Assembly: GCA_963755915.1 (NCBI GenBank)
Contig: CAVWLP010000002.1
Location: 4,032,001 to 4,096,000, forward strand
Source: an uncultured Phycisphaerales bacterium
GTDB lineage: Bacteria > Planctomycetota > Phycisphaerae > Tepidisphaerales > Tepidisphaeraceae
Length of the DNA: 64,000 nucleotides
Direction of reading: 5' to 3'
Shown here: positions 1 to 10,882 of the stretch, piece by piece
How positions within the stretch are numbered: the stretch's first letter is position 1
Layout: the number at the start of each line of letters is the position of its first letter
Notes under the pieces: generated by a model
The model's input: the letters and a program-made list of their open reading frames with translations, nothing else
Database searches by the model: none
What the model was told of the DNA's origin: nothing
Made by a program: the position numbers and the translations under genes

Positions 1-415
1 GGATTACTATTACAGCTACAGTATGAATGACTTCGTGGGGAATCCGATCGAGAATCCGTCGAATTATGGTTCGAATGTCAATGCCAGGGCGTGGGGAGTG
101 TTTACCGGGAAAATTACGTCGATTAAGAACTCGGCGAATATCGTCTTATTCGTTTGTGAAGATAACCGAACGCTCGATGACGGCTGTTTCTCAATCAATA
201 TCAACAACTGGATTCTGAATAAGCCGGTGAACACGCTCTCGACCCGTCACTACGTGAATAAATTGACGGTGATCACTTCGCTTGGGCAGAATGTGAACCA
301 GGACGGCTATGGGAACGCCTCGTTCTGTGATGGGCACGCAGAGGTGATTTCACGGAAGGATGTCTTCCGGCAGGCGCATTCCGGAAGCCCGCAGCCGGAT
401 CCGGCGGGATTCTGA
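1..415 (+). CDS. C-terminal part of a prepilin-type / H-X9-DG (DUF1559-like) protein; 5' end lies outside the window
   Basis: Ends ...LSTRH...GYGNASFCDGHAEVIS, the H...N-x-x-F-x-DGH motif of planctomycete DUF1559/H-X9-DG proteins. The frame is open back to the window edge. Confidence 0.75.
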   Translation, partial: DYYYSYSMNDFVGNPIENPSNYGSNVNARAWGVFTGKITSIKNSANIVLFVCEDNRTLDDGCFSININNWILNKPVNTLSTRHYVNKLTVITSLGQNVNQDGYGNASFCDGHAEVISRKDVFRQAHSGSPQPDPAGF

Positions 416-452
416 TTCCGGCGCGGTTAGACATTTTTTTTTGAACATTGAT

Positions 453-486
453 CGCCTCCGTTTCGAAAGACGGAGGCGTTTTTTTT
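453..486 (+). terminator. Rho-independent terminator
   Basis: Stem CGCCTCCGT/ACGGAGGCG (453-461/470-478) followed by T8, just downstream of the stop at 415. Confidence 0.8.
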
Positions 487-537
487 GGGGGGATGGGCAG
501 TGGATTCGTTTGTGCGAAGTGAGCGGTTTTTGGAAGA

Positions 538-615
538 CCCACGGCGGCGCGGTTCGGCTGCCTTCGGCTCTGAGGCTTAGGCTCGAAGAGAGCTCACCGA
601 AGTCCGTGGGCGTTC
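538..615. repeat. Three nested short palindromic elements (A contains B, B contains C)
   Basis: 538-550 + 605-615 = CCCACGGCGGCGCCGTGGGCGTTC, identical to 26951-26974 (A). Inside it, 551-559 + 590-604 = GGTTCGGCTGAGCTCACCGAAGTC (B, 24 bp). Inside that, 560-589 (C, 30 bp) is the reverse complement of 10353-10382 at 29/30. Confidence 0.9.
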
Positions 616-647
616 AGGGATCAAACTGACCGAGTACCGGGGATGGA

Positions 648-2729
648 TCAGGGGTTGACTGTCCAGAGACATTCGTCGGTGAATTGCTGTCCGTTTTTCT
701 CGGCTGATGCAGTTAACTCGCACTTTCCCGGTGCGAGGGGAACCTGATTCCAGACGAAGATGTGGTCGGCACTGGAACGGGTGCCGAGCAACCGGTCGTT
801 GAGAAAGAGGCGGACCGTCTCGCAATTGGAATAGACCTTCAGGTCGGCGAGTCCGGCGGGGCGGGGGTTGTAGCGCTGGTCGGTGATGTGGACGAAGGGT
901 TTTTCGGACCAGTTTGCCTTGTAGAAATAGAAGGCGTCTTTTCTGGTTTGGCGGTTGGCGGTGACGAGGCCCTTGTCGTTGCGGCCGGGGGTGTCGCCTT
1001 CATTGCGGGCGTCGGAGGCGAAATCGAACATGCACCAGACGTAGGTGCCCCACAGCCAGGGGCGCTGATTGATGGTGCGCCAGGCGGTTTCGTGGACGAG
1101 GGATTGCCATTCTTCGGGGTGCCAGTGGCCTTTGGTGGAGGGTTGGGTGGTGGGCTGCTCATGTTGCGCGATGCTGGCGCCGGCGCCGTATTCGCTGATG
1201 CCGATGGCGCGGTTGGGGAGGGTGGCGTGGAGTTTATCGAGTTCGGTAGGCCAATCCGAAACGGTTCCGGTGTACCAGCCGAAGTAGCGGTTGAAGCCGA
1301 TGATGTCGGGGTAGCCGTTGAGGGGGATTTCGGCGGGGAGATGGGAGGCGGCGACGGTGAGGCGCGTGGGATCTAGATGGTGGGCGATATCGTTGAGGTC
1401 GTGGACGAGACGCCAATCGGTGCGGGTATGGGGGCCGAGCTCGTTGAAGAGGCTCCAGAAGCAGATGGAGGGGTGATTATAGTTTTGCTTGATGAGCTCG
1501 CGGACCTGCTCCTGCGCGGCGGCGTAGAAGGCGGGGGTGTCGCTGATGCGATTGACGAGGCAGGCTTCGGCCCAGACGACGATGCCGGCGCGGTCGCAGA
1601 GGGAGTATTCGTATTCGGGGTGCTGGTAATGGGCGAGGCGGACGGTGTTGCAGCCCATTTCTTCGATCAGGGCGTAGCTTTGTTCGATATCGGCGGGGGT
1701 GACGGCCCAGCCTTTGTTGAAGAAGTCCTGGTGGACGGCTACGCCGTGGAGGGGGTAGGGATTGTTGTTGAGGAAAAAACCTTTTTGGGCGTCGACGCGG
1801 AAGGTTCTAAGGCCGAGGGGTTGGATGACGCGGTCTACGATCGTTCCGTTTTGGATGAGTTCGACGGTGGCTTGGTAGAGGTAGGGATCGGCTAGGCCGT
1901 TCCAGAGGTGGGGGGAGGGGATGGTTAGATTCTGGGTGACGTTGGCAGTGGAGTTGGCGGAGATATTTTGCGGGATTTGGGCGGAGCAGATTTGGTGATT
2001 TTCCGCGTCGGTGATGGTGCAGCGGACGTTGATGGCGGCGTCGGATGGGGAATCATTTTTCAGGAGGGTTAGGGCGGTGATTGAGGCGGAGTCGGGGGTG
2101 ATGCGGAAGGGCTGGAGGTAGAGGCCGGGGGAGGCGTCGTCCAGGGGGGAGATGTGGATTTTATTGAGGGTGAGGAGATGGACATTGCGATAGAGGCCGC
2201 CGCAGATGGTGAAGTCGCCGGAGAGAGGGGGGACGTCCTGGGTGGGGGAGTTGTCGACGCGGACGGCGAGGAGATTAACGCCGGGGTGGATGAGGGGGGT
2301 GATGTCGAAGCAGAAGGCGGCGAAGGCGCCGGCGTGATGGCCGGCGGGGTGGCCGTTGAGATAGACGTCGGCGACCATCGAGGCGGCTTCGAAGCGGAGG
2401 AAGAATTGTTTGCCGGTGTCGGCGGGGTCGATGTGGAGGGTGCGGCGATACCAGCAGGGGCCGCGGAAATAGTCGTTGCGGCCGTCCTGGCCGTCGAGGG
2501 CGTTCCAGGTGTGGGGGAGGGTGATGGATTGCCAGGCGGTGTCGTTGAAATCGGGGGATTGGGCGGAGGGGATGTCGCGGCGGAGGAAGCGCCAGCCGGT
2601 GGTGAGGAGGGTGTCTTGGTGGATGTCTTGGCGGGGGGATTGGGAGTTGGGGGTGGTGGCGCAGGCGGTGGAGAGGAGAGATAAGAGCGCGGTGAGGAGG
2701 ATGGTGCGGGAGAATGCGGGCGGGGGCAT
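648..2729 (-). CDS. GH2 glycoside hydrolase, probable beta-glucuronidase/beta-galactosidase; exported, possible lipoprotein
   Basis: 693 aa. N-terminal hydrophobic signal (LLSTAC). GH2 motifs NHPSICFWSLFNE and ISEYGAG. The N-x-K-G motif (RNDKG) is typical of GH2 glucuronidases. Confidence 0.85.
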   Translation of the reverse strand: MPPPAFSRTILLTALLSLLSTACATTPNSQSPRQDIHQDTLLTTGWRFLRRDIPSAQSPDFNDTAWQSITLPHTWNALDGQDGRNDYFRGPCWYRRTLHIDPADTGKQFFLRFEAASMVADVYLNGHPAGHHAGAFAAFCFDITPLIHPGVNLLAVRVDNSPTQDVPPLSGDFTICGGLYRNVHLLTLNKIHISPLDDASPGLYLQPFRITPDSASITALTLLKNDSPSDAAINVRCTITDAENHQICSAQIPQNISANSTANVTQNLTIPSPHLWNGLADPYLYQATVELIQNGTIVDRVIQPLGLRTFRVDAQKGFFLNNNPYPLHGVAVHQDFFNKGWAVTPADIEQSYALIEEMGCNTVRLAHYQHPEYEYSLCDRAGIVVWAEACLVNRISDTPAFYAAAQEQVRELIKQNYNHPSICFWSLFNELGPHTRTDWRLVHDLNDIAHHLDPTRLTVAASHLPAEIPLNGYPDIIGFNRYFGWYTGTVSDWPTELDKLHATLPNRAIGISEYGAGASIAQHEQPTTQPSTKGHWHPEEWQSLVHETAWRTINQRPWLWGTYVWCMFDFASDARNEGDTPGRNDKGLVTANRQTRKDAFYFYKANWSEKPFVHITDQRYNPRPAGLADLKVYSNCETVRLFLNDRLLGTRSSADHIFVWNQVPLAPGKCELTASAEKNGQQFTDECLWTVNP

Positions 2730-2812
2730 GTGAGGGGGAAATATAGCAGACGTGGCAGTTGAGGGCGCGAGCCTGCGCGGGCAAGAGCCGTTGGTCGGGC
2801 AGATTTTTTTTA

Positions 2813-2854
2813 GGCCCTCACCCCAACCCTCTCCCGGGGTACCGGGCGAGGGGG
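2813..2854. repeat. REP-like palindromic element D (CCCTCACCCCAACCCTCTCCC...GGGCGAGGG), followed by a 3x imperfect 10-bp tandem GGGGTAAGAG (2851-2880)
   Basis: GGCCCTCACCCCAACCCTCTCCCGGGGTACCGGGCGAGGGGG. A second copy at 10331-10402 carries an insertion. Confidence 0.8.
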
Positions 2855-2904
2855 TAAGAGGGGGTCAGAGGGGATAAGAGGGGCGGACGCAAATGTGTAA
2901 TTGA

Positions 2905-5900
2905 TTGGAGATGGAACGGAATTGCGAAAAAGGGGTGAATCGGCCAGACTATTTGATCGTGATTCGAGTGCGCATTTCTGGCTGGATTTGGGTGCTGATT
3001 ATCTTGGGCTTGGGGGTTTGGCCGGAGGGCGCGAGGGGGGAAATCGATTCGCGGCAGTTTGGGGCGGACTTGAGCGCGATCTGTGCGTGCGGGTCGAGGG
3101 TGGTGGGGTCGGCGGGGTATTATGAGGCGGGGAAATATCTTGAGCGGGAGATCGGGAAACTTCCTGGGGTGCAGCTTCAGAAGCATGAGTTTGCGGTGAT
3201 GACGCCGGTGACGGAGTGGGCGACGCTGACGATGGAAGGGGGGCGGGTGGAGAATGTTTATCCGTTTTGGCCGGCGCAGATTCGGACGTGCTCTACGCCG
3301 GAGGGGGGAATTTCCGGGAAGGTGGTTTATGCGGGGGAGTGCCGGTACGACGAACTGAAGCCGGCTTCTTTGAATGGGCAGATAGCGGTGATTGAGGCGT
3401 CGGCGGGGGGGCGATGGCCGGAGGTTTTTTATCAGGGGGCGCGGGCGGCGCTGGTACTGGGGAGTGCGGAGACGAGTTGGGTGGATCTGAAGGACGACGA
3501 TCTTCGGATTCCGGTGAATTTTCCGAGGTTTTATGTGCCGCCGGGGAAGCTTGCGGATGATCTGCGGGCGGGGCGAATTGGGCAGGCGACGCTGAGGGCG
3601 AGTGTGAAATGGGAGAGGAGGGTGGGGGTGAATTATTATGCGCTGGTCGATGGAGCAAAGGGGGGAAGAAGAAGGGGGCGGCGCTGATGTTCAGCGTGCC
3701 GCTGGATTCTACCTCGCTGGTTCCGGATTTGTCGCCGGGGGCGAGCCAGGCGGTGCAGGCGGCGGCCGGGCTGGGGCTGGTTCGCGATCTGGCGAAGCAT
3801 CCGTGGGGACGGCCGGTGGTGGTGTTTTTTTCCGGGGCGGATGGGATTCAGTTTTTGGGGACGCGGAATATGCTGATGGCGCTGGGGTCGGGGGCGGAGA
3901 CGTGGGGGGGGCAGATGGGGGAGATGGATGGAGGCATTGCGGAGGCGAGAGGCGAGATTGAAGAGGCGGTTGCGGTGCGCAAATCTTTGCAGGAGTTGGC
4001 GGAGGGTGGGGATCGGGGGCTGGTGCAGAGAATTTTGGAGATCGTGGATGCGGATGCGCTGGGGGTGCAGGATCGGCTGTTTCGGCTTCGCAATGACGGG
4101 GCGGGGGAAGGGGAGATTGCGAAATTGGCGGATGAGCAGCAGGAGTTGAACCGGGTGCGGGCGATGTTTCGGGATCGTCCGGGGGAATTGAGCCAGGCGG
4201 GGTATTCCGCGGAGGCGAGAGATTATATCGATCGGACTATTGCGCGGCTGGGGGGGCTGGTTCAGGAATATAGCGCGCGGAAGGGGGAGTTGCGGAGGCG
4301 AATTGAATTGCATGGTTGGCTGGCGAGCGCGGAGGGTGCGAAGCAGCAGGGGGGGCTGATTGAATTGCTGGTGGGGCTGGATTTAACGGATCGGGGGTAT
4401 CGGGTGGGGCCGTTGTCGTTTGGATATTTCCAGCGGGCAGCCAATGGGGCGATGGGGGAAGTGAGTCCGTTTACGCAATGGATGCTGGAGCGGGGGGAGG
4501 ATTTCGCGAATCATGTTGCGGGGAGCGGGTGGTGGGGGAAGGTGAGTGGGGAGATCGATCTGGGGCCGTTGCGGGGGTTGCGGTCGGCGAATAGTTTTCT
4601 GGCGGGGCCTTTGCCGGTGGGATCGGAGATGGCGTTTGGATGGGGGGTGCCGGGGTTGTCGATGGTGACGCTGGACGATCTTCGGCTGAGGCGGGATACG
4701 CCGACGGACACGGTGGATCGGATTGATGTGGGGGTGGTGGTGGGGGAGTTGAATGGGGTGCGGGATTTGTTTGCGAATGCGTGGAGCGATCCGGCGTTTC
4801 GTGGGCAGGGGCGGGTGAGGCAATTGAACGCGGGGTTTACGGGGCAGGTGGTGAGCGCGTCGGCGGGGAGGCCGGTTCCGGATTTGCCGCGGGAGGGTTT
4901 TCTGGCGACGTATTCGTATATTTTGAACGGGGCCGTGGATCAGAAGATTCCACCGCTGGGGGCGATGCCTTGGGTGCTGGGGATTCGACGGACGGAGGTT
5001 CAGGCGTGTGATTCGTTGGGGGAGTATCGGTTTGAAGGGTTGCCGCAGTTTCCGAGTGACGTGCTGGTGGGGCCGTTCAATGCGACGAACGATATGCAGA
5101 CGTTTGCGGTGAATGTTTATCGGGTTGATCCTTCGAGCGGGGAGATCACGGCGACGACGGATTATGGGAGGCAGGCGGAGGATATTAAATGGTCGGCGGA
5201 TATCAAGCAGGAGGTTCCGCCGCTGCGGAGTTTGCCGTTTGATTGCGAGGAGTATTCGCTGAGCGGGTTATACGATCCGCGATTTTTGCAGACGCTGGGG
5301 GCGGTTTCGGTTCTGGACGCGCGGCGGGGAGCGGAGGCGGAGCATTATTCGGTGTGGCTGGATAATAAGATGCTGGCGGGTTTTGCGGAGCCGGGGGCGC
5401 GGAGCGATCTGCTGATCCGGTATGGGGCGATTGGGAATCGGTTGATTCTGGTCAACGTCCCACCGAGCGGGGAGGGGGAGGGGCGCGGATATACGGCGGG
5501 GGAGTTGAATGGGCTGGGGCCGTTGGCGCTGGCGACAGCGCGGGATTTTTATCGGTTGGATGATGCGAGGCTGGAGAATTATCGGCGGGCGGGAGTGTCG
5601 AGCGGGTTGGTGGATGAATTGCATCGGGAAGCGGGCGAGGAGATTGGGGAGGCAGAGGAGGCGCAGCGCGGGGATGACGGGGTGGCGCTGATGCGCAGCG
5701 CGACGGGGGCTTGGGCGAATGAGGCGCGGGTGTATGACGCGGCGCAGGCGATGGCGCGGGACGTGGTGCGGGCGGCGATTTTTCTGCTGATGATCTGTGT
5801 GCCGTTTTCGTTTTGCATGGAGAGGCTGCTGATCGCTTCGCCGAATGTGTACCGGCAACTCGGCGGGATGGGAGGCATTTTTGCGGTGATGACGGGGGCG

Positions 5901-7889
5901 CTGTGGACGTTTCATCCGGCATTTAAGATCAGCGCGAGTCCGCTGATGATTGTTCTGGCGTTTGCGATCATTTTCATGTCGGGGCTGGTGATTGTGGTGC
6001 TGTATCAGAAGTTTGACGCGGAACTGAAGCGAATGCGGACGGGGAGGGTGGCGGCGAACGGGGCGTCGTTTGGGAGGATGAGCGTACTGATGAGCGCTGT
6101 GCTGCTGGGGATCGCGAATATGCGCCGGCGGAAGTTTCGGACGCTGCTGACCAGTGTGACGATCGTGCTGATCACGTTCGTTGTTTTGTGGTTTACGAGC
6201 ACGAGCCGGTTTCTGGGGACGACGACGGTGGCGACGGGGGTTGCGAGTTCGCATCGGGGAATCATGCTGAGGCAGCGGGGGTTCAGGCCGATTCCGGAAA
6301 TGATGGCGGAGCAATTGCGGGCGGTGCTGGCGGATCCGGCGCTGAAGCTGGGGAAGGCGCGGGTGGTGGAGCGGTGGTGGGCGGTTTCGGCGGATCCGCA
6401 GGATGAATATGACATTGTGGTTGGTACGGGGGGAGGAAAATCGAGGGAGTTTGCGGTGCCGGGGATACTGGGGCTTTCGCCGGGGGAGGGGGAGGTTTCG
6501 CGAGCGGCGGAGGTGATTGGGGCGGATAAATTTGCGCGGCTGGAGAGGGGTGAACAGAACATTGTGTACCTGAGCGGGGCGACGGCGGCGAACATGGGGG
6601 TGCGCGAAGGGGACAGGATTCGGCTGGGGGGGATTGAACTCCAAGTCGCGGGGATATTTTCGGCGGATGCTTTCGATCAGGAGGTTTTATCGCTGGATGG
6701 GCAGGGGATTTCGCCGCTGAAATATAGCGCGGGGGAGCTGGATCCGGGGGGGCAGTCGATGGACGATGCGAGCATGCAGTCGCTGGAGCTTTCGGGAAGC
6801 TCGGCGGCGGCGGAGGCGGGGGTGGTTTATGAGCATCTGTCGGCGACGGATTTTGTGATCGTGCCGTCGGGACTTTGCCGGAGGCTGATGAACAGCTCGC
6901 TGCGGACGGTAGCGGTTCGGCTCGGGAGCGAAGAGGAAGTGAAGACGGTGAGCGATGAAGTGGCGCGGCGTTTTGTGCTGGCGACGTACGCGGGATATGA
7001 CGACGGGGTGAAGATGGTGGCGGCGGGAAATCTGATGAGCATCAGCGGAACAACGCAGGTGGCGATTCCGCTGCTGATCGCGGCGCTGATTGTTTTCAAC
7101 ACGATGATGGGGGCGACGGCGGAGCGGAAGAGGGAGATTCACGTGTATACGTCGCTGGGGCTGGCGCCGATGCACGTGGGGGCGCTGTTTGTGGCAGAGG
7201 CGATGACGTATGGGTTGATTGGGACGGTGTTTGGGTATGTGATCGGGCAGGGGATCGGGAGCGCGCTGCTGAAGCTGGGATGGCTGGGGAGCATCACGCT
7301 GAATTATTCGGGGAGCAGCGCGATCATGACCATGGGATTGATCCTGGCGGTCGTGTTTGTGAGCGCGCTGGTGCCGGCGCGGGTGGCGAGCAAGATCGCG
7401 GCGCCGAGTATTGATCGGACATGGAAGGTGCCGGCGGCGATGAATGATGAGATCCGGGCGGTGCTACCGTTTACGATCAACCGGACGGCGGCGGAGGGGG
7501 CGCTGGCGTATATCGCGGAGTATCTGGAGCTGCATCGGGAGGGGAGTATCGGGAAATTCGCATCCGATCGGGTCGATCCGGTGGCATATGAGGAGACGGG
7601 GGGGTCGTCGCGGGCATTAAAGACGACGGTGTGGCTGACGCCTTATGACCTGGGGATAAGGCAGCAGATGCTGCTGCTGATTCATCCGGGTGTGGATAAG
7701 GATATTTATGAGGTTGAAGTTCGGCTGCGGCGTCAGAGCGGGGATGACGGGAGCTGGCACCGGATGAACAAGACGTTTTTGACGGAATTGCGGAAGCAGT
7801 TTTTGCAATGGCGATCGCTGACGCCGGCGCGGATGCTGGAATATGTGGAGCAGAGCAAGCGGCTGTTTGCGGCGCCGGCAGGTGTTTAA
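2905..7889 (+). CDS. Large (~1650 aa) membrane protein: signal peptide, PA + degenerate M28 peptidase-fold region, then C-terminal FtsX/MacB-type permease domains; one frameshift near 3660-3685
   Basis: ORFs 2905-3687 and 3609-7889 join in a G/A homopolymer stretch. M28-like segments SRVVGSAG, VPLDS...PGASQA, LDL and RDTPTD. FtsX signatures ANMRRRKFRTLLT and ERKREIHVYTSLGLAP...LFVAEA. The likely start is GTG 2968. Confidence 0.75.
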
Positions 7890-7894
7890 CGCGG

Positions 7895-9902
7895 ATGAAA
7901 GAAGATCTTGAACTGAAAGCATTTCGGGAGCTGATGGAGCCGCCCGATACGTGGGAGGACGGTTTTGGCCTGAAGGCCATGATCGGGGGGGTGTTCGTCG
8001 GCGTGATTATGACGCCGGCGAGCATGTATATGCAGCTTGTGGCGGGATCGGAGGTGGGGACGGCGGCGCAGTGGGTGACGATCATTTTGTTCCTGGAGCT
8101 GGCGCGGCGGAGTTTTACGGTTTTGAAGCGGCCGGAGATTTTTGTGCTTTATTACATGGCGGGGGCGTGCCTGGTGAACACGACTTCGGCCAATGGGGGG
8201 CCGGGGCATGGGTTGCTGTGGCAGCAGTTCATTGTGCAGAGCGATTCGTTTCGGCAGTTTGGGCTGGCGGGAAAGATACCGTCGTGGGTGGCGCCGTCTT
8301 CGCCGACGGTGTTGGGGGCGAGGAGCTTTTTCAATTCAGAATGGATCGCGCCGGTGGGGCTGCTGATTCTGGGGCAGTTTTTGGCGCGGGTGGATAATTT
8401 TTGTTTGGGATACGTGATGTACCGGGTGACGAGCGACGTGGAGAAGCTGCCGTTTCCGCTGGCGCCGGTGGGGCGCAGGGGGTGACGGCACTGGCGGATG
8501 CGTCGAAGGGGGATGACACGTGGCGGTGGCGGGTGTTCAGTTTTGGGGCGATGCTGGGGATTGGGTTTGCGGCGATTTACATCGCGCTACCGTCGATAAC
8601 GGGATCATTTTTGCCGCAGCCGATCAGCATTATTTCGTTTCCGTTCAAGGATTTCACGAGCAACACGGAGGATTTTCTGCCGGCGGTGCCGATGATCGTG
8701 GCGTTTGATTTGGGGCTGGTGATTTTGGGGATGGTGCTGCCGTACTGGGCGATGGTGGGGAGTTTGATCGGGCTGATTGGGTCGATGGTTATGAATCCGG
8801 TGCTGTTTCATTTTGGGATATTGAAGAGTTGGGGGCCGGGGCTGGGGGCGGTGCGGACGATGGAAGCGAACACGCTGGATTTTTACTTTTCATTTGGGCT
8901 GGGACTGACGGGAGCGATCGCGGTGATTGGGATTTGGCACGTGGTGAGCCGGTTGTTTGGCGGGCGTGAAGGCCCCGGGCAAAGCGATTGGCGGTCGCTG
9001 CTGAAGCCACCGCCGGGGAGGGGGGATTTTTCGGTGTGGCTGGCGCTGTTTCTATATTTCGCGGCGGCGTTTTCGACGATTGGGGTTGCGTGGTGGCTGC
9101 TGCGTATGGCGCACCTGGAGGGGATGGGAAGCGCGGTGACGGCGCGGTTGCTGGGGGTGCTGATTTTTTATGGGTTGTTTTATTCGCCGATCATTGGATA
9201 TGTGAGCGCACGGATGGAGGGAATCGTGGGGCAGAATGTTGAGCTGCCGTACGTGCGCGAGGCGGCGCGGATATTGACGGGATATCGCGGGGCGGCGATC
9301 TGGTTCATTCCGATGCCGAGCAACAATTATGGAAATCAGGCGCTTTATTTCCGCAAGACGGAACTTACGGGAACGAAGATCAGCTCGATGGTGAAGGCGG
9401 AATTGTTTGTGTTTCCGGTGACCGTGCTGGCGATGGTGGTGTTCAGCAATTTGATCTGGAAGATTGCGCCCGTGCCGAGCGGGGCGTTTCCGTATGCGCA
9501 GCAGTGGTGGGAATTGGCGGCGTATCGGCAGGGGCTGCTCTATTCGAGCACGCTGGCGGGGGGGAATTCAGTCCCTTTTCGCAGGCGTTTCATCCGGGTT
9601 ATCTGCTGGGTGGATTGGGGGGATCGGTGGTGTTGTATGTATTGTTGTCGGCGCTGGGAATGCCGGTGCTGCTCTTTTATGGGATTGTGCGGGGGATGGA
9701 TCAGAGCGCGCCGCAGGTGATCCTGCCGGAATTTTTCGGGGCGCTTTTGGGGCGGTATTATTTCGAGAAAAAGATCGGTCCGAAGTGGAAACAGTACATC
9801 GTGGTTTTCTTTGCGGGGTATAGCTGCGGGGTTGGATTGATCATGATGTTCAGCCTTGGGCTGGTGTTTATAAGTAAGAGCGTTTTTCAGAGGCCTTATT
9901 GA
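7895..9902 (+). CDS. OPT/YSL-like oligopeptide-transporter-family membrane protein; frameshifts near 8470 and 9580
   Basis: Three overlapping hydrophobic ORFs (7808-8485, 8401-9720, 9504-9902) form one polytopic protein. Contains the EKLPFPLAP(VGA) motif resembling the OPT LxFP motif. Confidence 0.7.
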
Positions 9903-10882
9903 TGATTTTCGCGTGGCAAGGTTGGCAACTTCAGATGCCGGATGAATGGAATCCGGTGAATCTCCATGGGACGTTCGAGGCGGGTTATGCGCTGCTGTCG
10001 GATATTCATCGGCCGCGGCTGGGAATTCGGTGGGGGACGCCTGGGAGGGGATTCGATTGCAAGCGATGGGCGCGGGAGGCGCTGGTGGCGGAGATTGGGG
10101 AGCTTGCGGCGAAGGAAGGGGAAGAGTGCGGGGATGAGCGATTTGGGGAGGCGATTTTGTATTTGGAGGCGGAGCCGCCGGGACGGGACGTTTGGGTGGG
10201 GTTCAGCAAGGTTTTGGGGCGAACATTTGAGATGGTTCATCACGTTTACACAGGCGAAACTTCGAAGATGAGAAAGTTGGGAAAGGGATTTTCGGACGGG
10301 GCGATTGGATGTGGCTCAAAATTCTTTCACGGCCCTCACCCCCTCCCTCTCCTCTTCGAGCCTGAGCCTCAGAGCCGAAGGCCAGAGTACCGGGCGAGGG
10401 GGAAAGAAGCGCGTGGGGGAGAAATGGCTTGGGCGGCGTTTGATTTGAGTTGCGTGACTGGCGGTGGGTGGCGGCTGGCTTCGCATAAGATGAATGCGGG
10501 GGATTTGAGTTTGGAATTCGCGCGGAAATCGGAGCGGATGAGCGTGCGGCAGATCGCGGTGGCGCATTTGGCGTTGAAGCGGATGCTGCTGGAGAAGTGG
10601 ATAGAGGAGCAAAGTCGGCCGTGGATGAAACGGTATCGCCGGGTCGGCGACGTTGCGGCGGTTTCGATGGCGACGAGCGACGGGCGCGGGTTGGAAGGTG
10701 TTTCGTGCCGGCTGGAGCGCCGGAAGTTGATGATCTGGGGGCCCGGGATGGGGGCGATGTATCTGGCGGTGCTGCATGATGCAAGGAGGGACCGGCTGAT
10801 ATTCGTGGAGGCGAAGGACGAATCGCAGGCGGAGGAGTTGGTGCGTTCGGTTGGTTGGGCGGCGCAGGAGGTTTTGTGTTGA
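9899..10882 (+). CDS. Hypothetical protein with two similar halves, separated by an in-frame repeat-derived insert
   Basis: 327 aa, overlapping both neighbours. The halves begin FAWQGWQLQMPDEWNP and WAAFDLSCVTGGGWRL. Residues GPHPLPLLFEPEPQSRRPEYRARG are encoded by the repeat at 10331-10402. Confidence 0.65.
   Translation: MMIFAWQGWQLQMPDEWNPVNLHGTFEAGYALLSDIHRPRLGIRWGTPGRGFDCKRWAREALVAEIGELAAKEGEECGDERFGEAILYLEAEPPGRDVWVGFSKVLGRTFEMVHHVYTGETSKMRKLGKGFSDGAIGCGSKFFHGPHPLPLLFEPEPQSRRPEYRARGKEARGGEMAWAAFDLSCVTGGGWRLASHKMNAGDLSLEFARKSERMSVRQIAVAHLALKRMLLEKWIEEQSRPWMKRYRRVGDVAAVSMATSDGRGLEGVSCRLERRKLMIWGPGMGAMYLAVLHDARRDRLIFVEAKDESQAEELVRSVGWAAQEVLC
10331..10402. repeat. REP-like element D with 30-bp element C inserted, lying inside a CDS
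   Basis: 10331-10352 and 10383-10402 match 2813-2854 (38/42). 10353-10382 matches the reverse complement of 560-589 (29/30). Total 72 bp = 24 codons. Confidence 0.9.
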
